64,000 nucleotides of DNA, from positions 113,733 to 177,732 of the forward strand of contig JAPPIG010000108.1 in NCBI GenBank assembly GCA_028820635.1, given 5' to 3'. The notes beneath the pieces are model-generated. The model was not told the DNA's origin and ran no database searches. It saw only the letters and a program-made list of their open reading frames with translations. This document shows positions 37,006-46,753 of this stretch, one piece after another. Within the stretch, counting starts at the first letter, position 1; each line of letters starts with the position of its first letter. Both the position numbers and the translations under genes were made by a program. The stretch is from Candidatus Poribacteria bacterium (GTDB lineage: Bacteria; Poribacteria; WGA-4E; WGA-3G).

Positions 37006-39513
37006 TTAAAACGTGCGGGACCATTTAAAATTGGCTTGATATCCTCGGTCCCTCTCAAGAGCTCTTGCGAAGTTCAACCTGAAGATACCGAATTGGAAAC
37101 CGATGCCAAGGTTAGCCTTTGGATAAATATTCTTTATATCTTCCAAATTATCCCATGCTTGTCCTATATCTACAAAAGGCACAACGAAAATCTTACTTGT
37201 TAAACTATGAACATACTCCAAATTGAAGAGAAACCCATGGTCGCCCGCAAATTCGTAGAGCGAGTATCCGCGTAAAGTTCCGGTGCCACCCAGCACAAAT
37301 TGGCGTTGATAAGGCAACCAATACTGAGTAGCAGCTAACCCGACTTTTAAACGGGTATCAAGCCAGTTTTCTCCAATGGGATGGTAGTTGCGGAGGTGTA
37401 TCACAAAACGCGCGAAATCATAATCTGAACCGATTTCAGAAGCAGAAAACTCACCAAGAAATGTGTTATACCACTCGTTATTGTTTCCTCGGTTTCCCAA
37501 GTCGTATCTAACTTTGGTGTTTTCCCGAGTATCAAAATCGTATTTTATAGAGATACTATGCATTCTGCCATCGTATATTAGAGAATTCGCTCTTGCAAGT
37601 GTGCTTACATCTAAATGATAATTTGAGGTGCCGATTCTTAAGTCAGAATGGCCGTGATTGAAAATGGTTTCATGTTCTTCCAATAGAAGCGATAGTCCCA
37701 GCGTATGCTTCAATGTCGGATTCTGCCATTGCAGTGCCATCACGCCTCCTTGTCTGGTATAGTAGTCATTGAAGTCTGCACCAGTGAATGCTCTCAAGAA
37801 TTGTTCGCTGCCGCTCAATAAGAGGTCTCTGTCCCTGACAGATGTTAGTCTATGAATTTGGGCACTATATGTCAGATTTGATTTCTCACCGAATATGACA
37901 CCGCCACCAAGCCGATAATTGAGAGTTTCTGTTTGAGTAGCAAAACTCATACTACCGAATACAAAAGGCATCGGTCCTAAGTGGGAACGTATTGGGACTG
38001 AGTCACCGTTTACATTTCGTCGAATCGTTTCGCCGGATCTTTCAAAAAAGAGTGGGTCGTAATACCATCTTTTGCCAAGTTCAAATCCGCCACCGAGTCT
38101 TAGTCCATCAACAGGATTTAAACCGCTGGTATTCAAGAGGCGAAAGAAATTCTTGTCAGTGAGAGAAACTTGGTTGCCTTGGGTAAAAACGCCTGCGGGA
38201 TTGTATCTGTCTTTTTCAAATGCGTCTAACATGCCTTGCATAAGTGACGATTTTGATGGTGGTAGAACCTGCATCCAATTGCCGTCGTTACTGTATAGTT
38301 TTTCAACACCAACATTTGACCACCAAGAATGCTCACCTGTGCGTTGTTGTTTTCTGTCAAAGTTAATACCCATCAGAATTGGCTCAGTGGTATCGGGATA
38401 ATCCAGTATCTGCCAAGGAATTTCCATCTCCACAACCCATCCGTCATCAACAATTTTTGATGCGACTTTCCACTGATCTGCCCATTCGGGATTCTTTGGA
38501 CGCGCTGTAGCAAAATGCACATATTTTTTTCCAAGTGGATTTGCCATAAACAAGGTACGATGTTCGGGTTTGCGTGTGTGAAATGGGTCAATGCTGAAGC
38601 AGACTGAATCTTCGTTTACGAAACGAACATGGTCTTTGGTTTGAAGTGCTACGATTTTTTGGGGTTGGGAATCGTAAAGATGCCACGCAACGTAGATTGA
38701 TTTGTCGGTATAAACCAGTTTGACTGTGGTCTGATCTTTGACCGGTTTTTCGGTGCTCACATGCGTAAATTTGTCTGCTTCAGGTGCTATTTTCCAGCTG
38801 TTATCATCAAGTTTTCCGTCAATTTTTGGCGGTTTTTCGATTTTAACCGCAAGCATTTCTTTTTCAACGGTGCCTCTATCTGGGTTTGGTTCTACCTTTA
38901 CCTTCAATTTGTCACCGAGATCAATATCTGTAGTTCCAAAATTGCTCAAATTTCCAAGCAAATCGCTAATCCGTTCTGTAGCGATTTTGCCGACAATGTT
39001 AACAAAGGTAACTTCCTTACGCTTTTCAGGCTTATCGGTAACCGCAATGGCAAAGATTCCGTAAGCTACATCTTCATCATATAGCAGACTTACTTCAACC
39101 ATTTCGTTCGCTTCCTTGATTTTGACGAAAACTTCCCACTCCTCTTTTCTAAGCTTATCCTGATAGTATTCAACAAACTTCGACCCGTCAGTGGTTATAG
39201 AACTATCATAAGTGCGGACATAGATACCATCAAGCATCTGGACCATCTCTTTCACCTCTGGTGACAAACTCATGGATTTGGTGACCAGATTGATAAGTTT
39301 GTCTGTCAAGTTGACTTCAACCTTTGCTTCGGGACTTCTCGGGTGGTCAAAGAGGATACGTCCTTTCTTCTTTGTTTTTTCAGACTGTTCTTTTTCCGCT
39401 AATACCTGATGGATCGGTAAAATCCAGAATGCTAAACAGAACGTTGTGAAGAACAGTGTAAGGTGTCTTTGCAGTTTCATTGTGTTATTCTCCTTTTTTA
39501 TATAATGCTTCAA
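37006..39513 (-). CDS. Outer-membrane beta-barrel protein (835 aa). It has an N-terminal DUF4252-like domain fused to a CBM9-like region and a DUF5916-type barrel.
   Basis: Signal peptide present. Residues about 80-200 align with the adjacent stand-alone 180-aa protein (VEMIEGVFIRSY…VSLLFADNPDVLHGIFIVL…TFVNIFGKI versus VQMLDGIYVRTY…VSLLYDEDVAYGIFAIAV…TFVNIVGKI). A DGKLDDNSWKIAPEADKF block is CBM9-like. The C-terminal half has alternating-hydrophobic beta-strands ending in …FKWSRTF, an aromatic terminus typical of OM barrels. Confidence 0.7.
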   Translation of the reverse strand: MKHYIKKENNTMKLQRHLTLFFTTFCLAFWILPIHQVLAEKEQSEKTKKKGRILFDHPRSPEAKVEVNLTDKLINLVTKSMSLSPEVKEMVQMLDGIYVRTYDSSITTDGSKFVEYYQDKLRKEEWEVFVKIKEANEMVEVSLLYDEDVAYGIFAIAVTDKPEKRKEVTFVNIVGKIATERISDLLGNLSNFGTTDIDLGDKLKVKVEPNPDRGTVEKEMLAVKIEKPPKIDGKLDDNSWKIAPEADKFTHVSTEKPVKDQTTVKLVYTDKSIYVAWHLYDSQPQKIVALQTKDHVRFVNEDSVCFSIDPFHTRKPEHRTLFMANPLGKKYVHFATARPKNPEWADQWKVASKIVDDGWVVEMEIPWQILDYPDTTEPILMGINFDRKQQRTGEHSWWSNVGVEKLYSNDGNWMQVLPPSKSSLMQGMLDAFEKDRYNPAGVFTQGNQVSLTDKNFFRLLNTSGLNPVDGLRLGGGFELGKRWYYDPLFFERSGETIRRNVNGDSVPIRSHLGPMPFVFGSMSFATQTETLNYRLGGGVIFGEKSNLTYSAQIHRLTSVRDRDLLLSGSEQFLRAFTGADFNDYYTRQGGVMALQWQNPTLKHTLGLSLLLEEHETIFNHGHSDLRIGTSNYHLDVSTLARANSLIYDGRMHSISIKYDFDTRENTKVRYDLGNRGNNNEWYNTFLGEFSASEIGSDYDFARFVIHLRNYHPIGENWLDTRLKVGLAATQYWLPYQRQFVLGGTGTLRGYSLYEFAGDHGFLFNLEYVHSLTSKIFVVPFVDIGQAWDNLEDIKNIYPKANLGIGFQFGIFRLNFARALERDRGYQANFKWSRTF

Positions 39514-39562
39514 TTAACAGGAAACTTTGCTTGTGCGTGAAATGTGTTTGCATCTTGGTTTT

Positions 39563-40105
39563 TTATTTTTCCCTACGGAATTTTATGTCAAACTTAAAGT
39601 CTTCCCAAAACTCTGGTTTCGATTCCTTAAGTTTTCCAAAGAGGATTCCGAGTTTCTGAAAATCTATCTTCCCAAAAATGTTCACAAAAGTAGTGTTATT
39701 CTCGTCAATCAAGACGATAAAGATTCCATGTAATACATCGGGGTTATCGGCAAAGAGCAGGCTGACGTGAAGTTGGTCCTTAACCTTGATAAACTTCTCC
39801 CACTTTTCCGTTTTGAGAATGTTCTGGTAATGGCGTGTAATTTCAATTAAGTTCCCGGCTTCTTTACTATAACTGCGGATGAAAACACCCTCTATCATCT
39901 CCACGTACTCCGCATGTTCCGGTAAATTTATCGTAGAATTGAAAAAGCGGTTGAAAAATGTCTTATCTAAGTTGATTTCTAAATTAAGTACTGAAGGGTT
40001 CGGTAAGTTCATCTCTATTTTGCCACGAATTGCGTCGGTTTCTGCTATGCCATTGCTAAAAAAGCAGAAAGCGAGTAGAAGGGTTATCAGGCTAAATCGT
40101 CTCAT
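39563..40105 (-). CDS. DUF4252-like secreted protein
   Basis: 180 aa with a signal peptide. It overlaps the anti-sigma gene by 4 nt (ATGA) and is homologous to the N-terminal domain of 37006..39513. Confidence 0.6.
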   Translation of the reverse strand: MRRFSLITLLLAFCFFSNGIAETDAIRGKIEMNLPNPSVLNLEINLDKTFFNRFFNSTINLPEHAEYVEMIEGVFIRSYSKEAGNLIEITRHYQNILKTEKWEKFIKVKDQLHVSLLFADNPDVLHGIFIVLIDENNTTFVNIFGKIDFQKLGILFGKLKESKPEFWEDFKFDIKFRREK

Positions 40106-40779
40106 TGTGTACTTCCTCCTGGAATTGATGAATTAGGTTTTATAGAAAAATTTGTATGTTTGGTTTTAGGTGGAATTGTCTCTGAATCCGGTTGATCACC
40201 AGTTAGGCGGTTTAGTATACCTAAGCTTTTATCGATTGCTGAAGATATTTTTGATGTTGATTTGAAAACACTGCGTGATGCTTCGTCAATCTTAAGAGAT
40301 GTAAAACTATCGTTTACTGCAAGACCTGTTTTATGGACTGCGTACTCCATCTTACGCATTGCGTAGTTGAAGTCGCTTTTTGCTTGTTCTATTTCAACAT
40401 GCCTTTGATGTTGATGGATACCAAATAATACTATTCCGACAAGACAGGTAAGGGCACTTACACGAAGAATTAGTTGGCGCGAGTTTTCCCAAGCGAATAC
40501 ATTGAAAAAACGATCCATCCAATTATCGTTGTGAGGATGCGTCTGAATATAAGCCGTAACCTCACTTAATATGTCGGGTGGGGACGTTGGTTTTGGCAGA
40601 TCGTCCAACACCACATCAATTGTTTGTGCCAAATTGAATTCGTGCTGACATGTGTTACATGTAGCGAGGTGAGATGTGATAGCAGATTCAATGGCGGTAT
40701 CCAATTCCCCCGCAATGTATTCTTCAATTTGCGCTTGGCAGTCTGTGCAAGTTATTTCGTGTGATAGATTTTGAGGCAT
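40102..40779 (-). CDS. Anti-sigma factor, zinc-finger (zf-HC2-like) single-pass membrane protein
   Basis: Has CTDCQ … HLATCNTCQ zinc-binding motifs and one TM segment (LTCLVGIVLFGI). It lies immediately downstream of the ECF sigma gene. Confidence 0.7.
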   Translation of the reverse strand: MPQNLSHEITCTDCQAQIEEYIAGELDTAIESAITSHLATCNTCQHEFNLAQTIDVVLDDLPKPTSPPDILSEVTAYIQTHPHNDNWMDRFFNVFAWENSRQLILRVSALTCLVGIVLFGIHQHQRHVEIEQAKSDFNYAMRKMEYAVHKTGLAVNDSFTSLKIDEASRSVFKSTSKISSAIDKSLGILNRLTGDQPDSETIPPKTKHTNFSIKPNSSIPGGSTQ

Positions 40780-40782
40780 CGG

Positions 40783-41358
40783 TTATGTCTCCAGTAGGCG
40801 GTTCAATATTTCCCGCAATTTCTTACGAGCACGAAATACGGTTGATTTGATGGTGTTTTCAGATTGTTTTAAGACCTGTGCAATTTCTTTATAACTCATC
40901 TCTTCTAATTCCCGCATAATTACGATTGATCGCATGGATGGCGGTAATTCGTCAATCGCTTGATGCACTAACTGCTTATGTTCTTGCTTAATGGCAGTCT
41001 CCTCTGGGGTTGGATTTGACTGATATGAATGTGTATGCAGTAGCATTTCAAGCGTTTCACCATCTTCTTCGGATAAATGCACCCGAAATTTTCGGCGTTT
41101 TAGTTGATTAAAACAGAGATTCTGTACACATTTCAGCAACCATGAGCGAACGGTTTCCTGCTTTAATTTCCTGTGATGTTGCCATGCCTTGATAAAGGTT
41201 TCTTGTGTCATATCTTTTGCGTCTTCACTGTTTTTGAGTAGATAGAAGGCATGCCGATAAACCTGATCTTGATGTTTGCGGACCAGTTCAAGGAATTCAT
41301 CTTCTGTCATGTGGCAACTCCGCGCGCTCGGGTTAACGCTACTACAAACAAGTTGCAA
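40783..41358 (-). CDS. ECF-family RNA polymerase sigma-70 factor
   Basis: Region 2 (…YRHAFYLLKNSEDAKDMTQETFIKAW) and region 4 (MSYKEIAQVL…SENTIKSTVFRARKKL) are present. The true start is probably the MTEDEF internal Met. Confidence 0.85.
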   Translation of the reverse strand: MQLVCSSVNPSARSCHMTEDEFLELVRKHQDQVYRHAFYLLKNSEDAKDMTQETFIKAWQHHRKLKQETVRSWLLKCVQNLCFNQLKRRKFRVHLSEEDGETLEMLLHTHSYQSNPTPEETAIKQEHKQLVHQAIDELPPSMRSIVIMRELEEMSYKEIAQVLKQSENTIKSTVFRARKKLREILNRLLET

Positions 41359-41538
41359 AAAAGTTGCATCTTTTTTTGTATTTCTTGAATAATTTGTAAA
41401 AATAATGTAAGAAGCGCAATGAATTGCGCGACTACAACGCTACAAGAAAAAACCTTAATGACAATTTTGAAGGTCTAAACCTACATAAACCGACATTAAG
41501 GTTATTGTGAAATATCTTTTACGATTTGAGTTGATTAG

Positions 41539-43008
41539 TTATAGCACAGCATTTTGCGCGGGATTGAGCAGTAGCGATGGCAAAATACCGATGAGCAAAA
41601 CGCCAATTGCAGCAAGGGCTAATCCGATGACTAAGGTTGAGGGGTATGGATTGAATTCCAACTCTTCTTCAGGTTCACGCATATACATTGTTACGACAAC
41701 GCGTAGATAATAGAAAGCTGAAATCGCAGTATTGACAGCACCAACGATGACAAGTGAGACAAGCCAAGTGTTAACTACATCTGGTTGAACAGCGGCTTGA
41801 ACAGCAGATTTGAAGATATAAAATTTTCCGACAAACCCTGCAGTTGGCGGAAAACCCGCAAGGGATAGAAGCATTAGCGTCATAAATATGCCGAGCAGAG
41901 GCTTACGGAAACCGAGTCCTGCGTAATCGGAAATCGTTAAACTTTCTCCATCAGCGGTTCTCGCTAAGATAACCGCACCGAAAGCACCGATATTCATAAC
42001 GCAGTAAACAAGGAGATAGAGCATTGCGCTTGATGTACCATCATCGTTTGCTGCAGCTAAACCTATTAACACATAACCTGCATGTGCAATACTTGAATAG
42101 GCGAGCATCCGTTTGATGTTTGTTTGCGCTATAGCAATAACATTACCAACTGTCATCGTCAACATCGCCAACAACACGATTACACCTGTCCATTCAGACT
42201 GTATATCTGGCAACGCTTCCATAAAAATCCTAATAAATGCTGCAAATCCAGCTGCTTTTGGTCCCGCAGAGATGAAGGCAGCGATTGTGGTAGGTGCGCC
42301 TTCGTAAACATCTGGTGCCCATTGGTGGAACGGAACGATAGCAACCTTAAACCCAAACCCAACGATAAGTAGGAATGTCCCTGCTAAGAGAAGTGGGGAT
42401 TGACTCTCAGTGGTGAGTTTCTCTGCAATCCCTGGAATACTTGTTGTTCCAGCAGCACCGTAAATTAAAGCGATTCCATAGAGGAAAAAGGCACTTGCAA
42501 ACGCACCAAGCAATAGATATTTCATTCCTGCTTCACTTGAAGCAGGGCTTTCACGGAAATAGCCTGCTAACACATACAACGACAACGACATTAGTTCTAA
42601 GCCGAGGAAAATGATAATCAACTCATTGCCAGCAGCCATTAACATCATGCCGAGCGTTGCAAGCAGGATAAGCAGATAGTACGGTCCCTGTTTTTTATCG
42701 CCTTTCCCTAAATAACTAATTGAGATGAGGGCAACCAAAATTGTTGAAACGAGGAAGATAATGTTGAAAAAGAGGGAGTAACTATCTATCCTGAACATGT
42801 CGTTGAACTGGGTTTGATCTGTCCCGGCTTGCAGCAGATTAATAGATGCCCATAAGGCAATCACTGCACCAACAATTGTCATCCATCCCAATGTCTTTTT
42901 TGAAATAGAGTCAATCATGTCAAAGACAAGGACAATAAGCAACGTTGAAACAATGACAAGTTGCGGCATTAACAATGACCAATTAATCTCAGGTATCTCA
43001 ACTGGCAT
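41539..43008 (-). CDS. nuoN: NADH-quinone oxidoreductase subunit N
   Basis: 489-aa polytopic membrane protein of the NuoN/ND2 family. It is the last gene of the nuo cluster. Confidence 0.85.
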   Translation of the reverse strand: MPVEIPEINWSLLMPQLVIVSTLLIVLVFDMIDSISKKTLGWMTIVGAVIALWASINLLQAGTDQTQFNDMFRIDSYSLFFNIIFLVSTILVALISISYLGKGDKKQGPYYLLILLATLGMMLMAAGNELIIIFLGLELMSLSLYVLAGYFRESPASSEAGMKYLLLGAFASAFFLYGIALIYGAAGTTSIPGIAEKLTTESQSPLLLAGTFLLIVGFGFKVAIVPFHQWAPDVYEGAPTTIAAFISAGPKAAGFAAFIRIFMEALPDIQSEWTGVIVLLAMLTMTVGNVIAIAQTNIKRMLAYSSIAHAGYVLIGLAAANDDGTSSAMLYLLVYCVMNIGAFGAVILARTADGESLTISDYAGLGFRKPLLGIFMTLMLLSLAGFPPTAGFVGKFYIFKSAVQAAVQPDVVNTWLVSLVIVGAVNTAISAFYYLRVVVTMYMREPEEELEFNPYPSTLVIGLALAAIGVLLIGILPSLLLNPAQNAVL

Positions 43009-43077
43009 TCAAAACCTCCGTTTTTAAACTCCGAAATAACAATAAATCATGAGCGTCAAACTTCATATATTTTTCTT

Positions 43078-44562
43078 CTAACGTAGGAACACGAATGTAA
43101 CGACCACAAAAAGCGGGAATAAAATAGCAACGGACCATAACATGTATCCAAAGAAACTCGGCATGCGGATACCGCTCTGTTCGGCAATTGATTTAACCAT
43201 AAAATTCGGTGCATTTCCGATATATGTATTTGCACCCATGAAAACTGCCCCGACAGATATTGCAGTTAGCAATCTGACAAACTCAAGGTGATGGGGCTCA
43301 GTCAATTGTCCTGACAAAATTTGTGGAACAACCGCCTCAGTAAGCTCTAATTTTCCAAGTGCGGTGTTGAAAAATGTTAAATAGGTTGGCGCATTATCTA
43401 AGAAACTGGACAAGATCCCAGTTATCCAGAAGTAGTGAGAGGGTTGCTGAATTGCCCCGATTAACCCGCTCAGTGCGCCTTTTGTACCGACACCGAGAAT
43501 TGTCAATGCCGGAATAATCGTCATAAAGATGCCAGCAAATACTTTTGCGACTTCTTCGATTGGTTCCCATGAGAACTCGTTTGATTGGCGTAATTCACCG
43601 CTAAAGGGCGTAAACTTGAGGGATAATAAACCCATCACGACAATCAACACGTCGCGTGCGATATTCTGCCAATATACATGAACACCGAGTACGTTGATAT
43701 CTCCCCACTTGAAAGAGCCACTCATTAAGACTGCCGCAACGATACCAAAGAGGAAAACGAGATTAAAAAGACCTTCAACACGAATCGGTTCGTTGACTCC
43801 ATCATCTGGGACGACACCACCTTCTCGTTTGAACATGAATGTGTCTATTATGAAAAAGAGAACGATTAAAATGACACTAATAAATACCATGTGTGGAAAG
43901 AGTGCGGTTGTTGTCCAGAAGAAAGGCACGCCGTGTAGAAATCCAAGAAAAAGTGGTGGATCGCCAAGAGGGGTTAAGGAACCACCGATATTGCTTACTA
44001 AAAAGATGAAGAAGACAATTAAATGCACCTTACTCTTTCGGTACGCATTTGCTTTAATCAACGGACGGATAAGGAGCATTGATGCGCCTGTTGTTCCTAT
44101 CCATGAGGCAATTACAGTGCCGATTAGCAATAACAGCGTGTTAACCATCGGTGTGCCGCGCAATGTTCCTCTGACGAGTATCCCGCCTGCAACCGTGAAC
44201 AAACCCCATAACAGTATGATGAACGGAATGTAGTCTATTAAGTAGATGTATAAAATATCGTGAAAAGCGTCACCTCTGAAAACGACAAGATATGGGATTG
44301 CGAATAATAACGCCCATGCCAATGACATTTTTCCACCATGGTGGACAAGAAAATGGGAATCTAACAGGAGTGGGAAAAGTGCGATTGAGAGGAGAATTCC
44401 TACAAAGGGAATAATGCTCCAGATAGGTAGTATGGAACCATCTACGCGAAAGTGTCCACCCTCGCCATGTGTCTCATCAGCAGCGAAGGTTTCCATTGAA
44501 ACTACTAAAGTAAGCCCCACGATGATGCATAATATAAGAAAAGAGGCAAGTTTTGACTTCAC
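43078..44562 (-). CDS. Ion-transporter-superfamily permease (ArsB/NhaD/CitMHS-like), embedded between nuoM and nuoN
   Basis: 494 aa with about 12 TM segments. The SLTPLGDPPLFLGF block resembles the ArsB/NhaD family. Its stop codon abuts the nuoM start at 44562. Confidence 0.5.
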   Translation of the reverse strand: MKSKLASFLILCIIVGLTLVVSMETFAADETHGEGGHFRVDGSILPIWSIIPFVGILLSIALFPLLLDSHFLVHHGGKMSLAWALLFAIPYLVVFRGDAFHDILYIYLIDYIPFIILLWGLFTVAGGILVRGTLRGTPMVNTLLLLIGTVIASWIGTTGASMLLIRPLIKANAYRKSKVHLIVFFIFLVSNIGGSLTPLGDPPLFLGFLHGVPFFWTTTALFPHMVFISVILIVLFFIIDTFMFKREGGVVPDDGVNEPIRVEGLFNLVFLFGIVAAVLMSGSFKWGDINVLGVHVYWQNIARDVLIVVMGLLSLKFTPFSGELRQSNEFSWEPIEEVAKVFAGIFMTIIPALTILGVGTKGALSGLIGAIQQPSHYFWITGILSSFLDNAPTYLTFFNTALGKLELTEAVVPQILSGQLTEPHHLEFVRLLTAISVGAVFMGANTYIGNAPNFMVKSIAEQSGIRMPSFFGYMLWSVAILFPLFVVVTFVFLR

Positions 44563-46160
44563 TATTTCGTCTGTGCCTCCTCTTCAATCAGTTGTAGGGT
44601 TGCGGTTTCGACTTTCAGAATAACAGGGTCTTGAGTTTCACCATCAATAATTACTTGTCCAACCTCTGGCGTATTGTCAGATTCATTTACTTTTACTTTT
44701 TCAGTAACCACACCCACTGATGCTTTCATCGGTTTCAGGAATGTATTCGGATGTACACCAATCCATACAATGAAAAGCAGTATCGGCAGTAAGACAACTA
44801 TTTCACGCGGTTTCAGGTCAGGCAAAGATGCGTTTGTGTTGTCTGGTGTACCAAACATGACCCGCTGGAACATCCATAGCATATAAACTGCTGCCAAGAT
44901 TACGCCTGTTGTTGCGAAGACCACGTACCATTTGGAGAATGCCCCGCCAACAAAACTGCCAAGCAATATCATAAATTCACCTACGAATCCGTTGAGTCCC
45001 GGCAGTCCGATGGATGACAGTGTTACAATCAAAAAGATGGTAGCGAAGATAGGCATTTTCTTTGCCAGTCCACCGAAGTCAACGATCATTCGGCTGTGCC
45101 GCCGTTCATAAATCATGCCGACCAAAAGGAACAGTGCGCCAGTGCTTAATCCGTGATTGATCATTTGCAAAACGCTTCCCTGAATACCTAAATGACTTTT
45201 TGAAAAAAGACCTAATACTACGAAACCGAGGTGACTGACACTGGAATATGCGACAAGTTTTTTCAGGTCCGGTTGTACCATTGCTACTAATGCCCCGTAA
45301 ATTATACCGATAATTGCAAGTGGCACTATCCAAGGTGTAGCGTCAGCTGCAGCTTGTGGGAAAAGCGGTAGGCAGAAGCGGACTATCCCGTACGTCCCCA
45401 TTTTAAGCAGCACCCCTGCCAGGATCACACTTCCGACTGTAGGTGCTTCAACGTGTGCATCTGGTAGCCATGTATGGAATGGGAAAAGAGGCACTTTAAT
45501 CGCAAAAGCAATGAAAAATGCAAGGAATAATAGATAGGAATGATCAAATGTGCCTTCTGTTGCTAATAGTGTTACGAGATCAAAGCTGTTACCGTTTTGG
45601 AAGTATAGTGCTAAAATGCCGACTAACATGAGCGCACTGCCTGCCATTGTGTAAAGTACGAACTTGATAGTGGCATAGATTCTACGTTCACCACCCCATA
45701 TTCCGATAAGGAAATACATCGGGATTAACATTGCCTCCCAGAACACAAAGAACAAGAATAGGTCTAAGGCACAGAAAACACCCAGCATTCCAGTTTCCAG
45801 CGCGAGGAGCGACATCATAAAACCGCTCAATCCTTTCTCAACCGAATTCCAAGCGGCGAGAATACATATTGGCGTTAGGAAAGTTGTAAGTAGCACTAAC
45901 CACAACGAAATACCGTCAATGCCGATGTGGTAACTTATACCTAAACCGGCAATCCACGGCAGTTTCTGGTAGAGTTGTGAGTCAGTTTGGAAACCATCAA
46001 TTCCTGCCTCAAATCCGGTGTAAAGCCCTATTGAGACAACGAATGTCAACAAACTGATGACGAGCGCGATGCCTTTAATAGCAGATGCGCCCATATTTCT
46101 GAGCAATGCTATCGCTATCACACCAAGCAGTGGTAAAAAAATAACTATTGAAAGTAGCAA
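44562..46160 (-). CDS. nuoM: NADH-quinone oxidoreductase subunit M
   Basis: 532-aa NuoM/ND4 family antiporter-like subunit (…WLPDAHVEAPT…). Confidence 0.9.
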   Translation of the reverse strand: MLLSIVIFLPLLGVIAIALLRNMGASAIKGIALVISLLTFVVSIGLYTGFEAGIDGFQTDSQLYQKLPWIAGLGISYHIGIDGISLWLVLLTTFLTPICILAAWNSVEKGLSGFMMSLLALETGMLGVFCALDLFLFFVFWEAMLIPMYFLIGIWGGERRIYATIKFVLYTMAGSALMLVGILALYFQNGNSFDLVTLLATEGTFDHSYLLFLAFFIAFAIKVPLFPFHTWLPDAHVEAPTVGSVILAGVLLKMGTYGIVRFCLPLFPQAAADATPWIVPLAIIGIIYGALVAMVQPDLKKLVAYSSVSHLGFVVLGLFSKSHLGIQGSVLQMINHGLSTGALFLLVGMIYERRHSRMIVDFGGLAKKMPIFATIFLIVTLSSIGLPGLNGFVGEFMILLGSFVGGAFSKWYVVFATTGVILAAVYMLWMFQRVMFGTPDNTNASLPDLKPREIVVLLPILLFIVWIGVHPNTFLKPMKASVGVVTEKVKVNESDNTPEVGQVIIDGETQDPVILKVETATLQLIEEEAQTK

Positions 46161-46191
46161 AAAAATCTCCTTTAGAATAACTTAACTTTCA

Positions 46192-46617
46192 TCAACCGGA
46201 ACCAATAATCATCAATAATACCGAGTCCATCCCAGATGACTCGGATGATTCTCTGCGGCGTGCCAATTCGCGACGACGCCTTGAATAAGTGCCACGAGGC
46301 ATTTTGCTCTGCCACCAAAACTTTAGTTTACGATTGAATTTCGATATTTCCTCAGACGACCTACTGCAGTTGTCCAGAACCCATGCCCCTAAACTAATAT
46401 CGTTGTCAATCCGGACAGATGCCTCCTGAAATGAATCCGCTGAAATGCCAAGGAAGGATAATATTCCAGTATCTTGTTCAGAATCAGCACCGTATTTATA
46501 ACTTCCAATTTCTCCTGCATGGGCAGCTCGTGCCTTATCTGTCAGTCTTGCAACACCGCAGATGCCAGCAACTTCTTTGTTTAGCAAATCCCGTGGTCGA
46601 AAAGTATTCTGTTTCAT
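46192..46617 (-). CDS. Small soluble protein, paralog 1 of a tandem pair between nuoL and nuoM. Possibly DUF5069-like; unverified.
   Basis: 141 aa. About 75% identical to the 46754..47200 product; shared text includes FRPRDLLN-E(V/I)AGICGVARLTDKARA-H-GEIGSYKYGADSEQDT-ILSFLGISA. Confidence 0.55.
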   Translation of the reverse strand: MKQNTFRPRDLLNKEVAGICGVARLTDKARAAHAGEIGSYKYGADSEQDTGILSFLGISADSFQEASVRIDNDISLGAWVLDNCSRSSEEISKFNRKLKFWWQSKMPRGTYSRRRRELARRRESSESSGMDSVLLMIIGSG

Positions 46618-46753
46618 CTTTTCCTCTGTTCGTATTTTGTAAAAAGAAATTTTATGGAAACTATTCTACATCACGAAACAATCAATTAGCAAAAATCCCT
46701 TCTAATAGGGTATACTCACTTTGTAGTAACAAAACTGCAAATCTCTATCTTTT

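Noticed and set aside
43694-44233. 179-aa plus-strand ORF inside the permease gene, together with many similar antisense ORFs inside the nuo genes (for example 25629..26171, 52251..52577 and 62119..62643)
   Set aside because: They are fully contained antisense to well-supported long genes and have no recognisable motifs. They are typical shadow ORFs.
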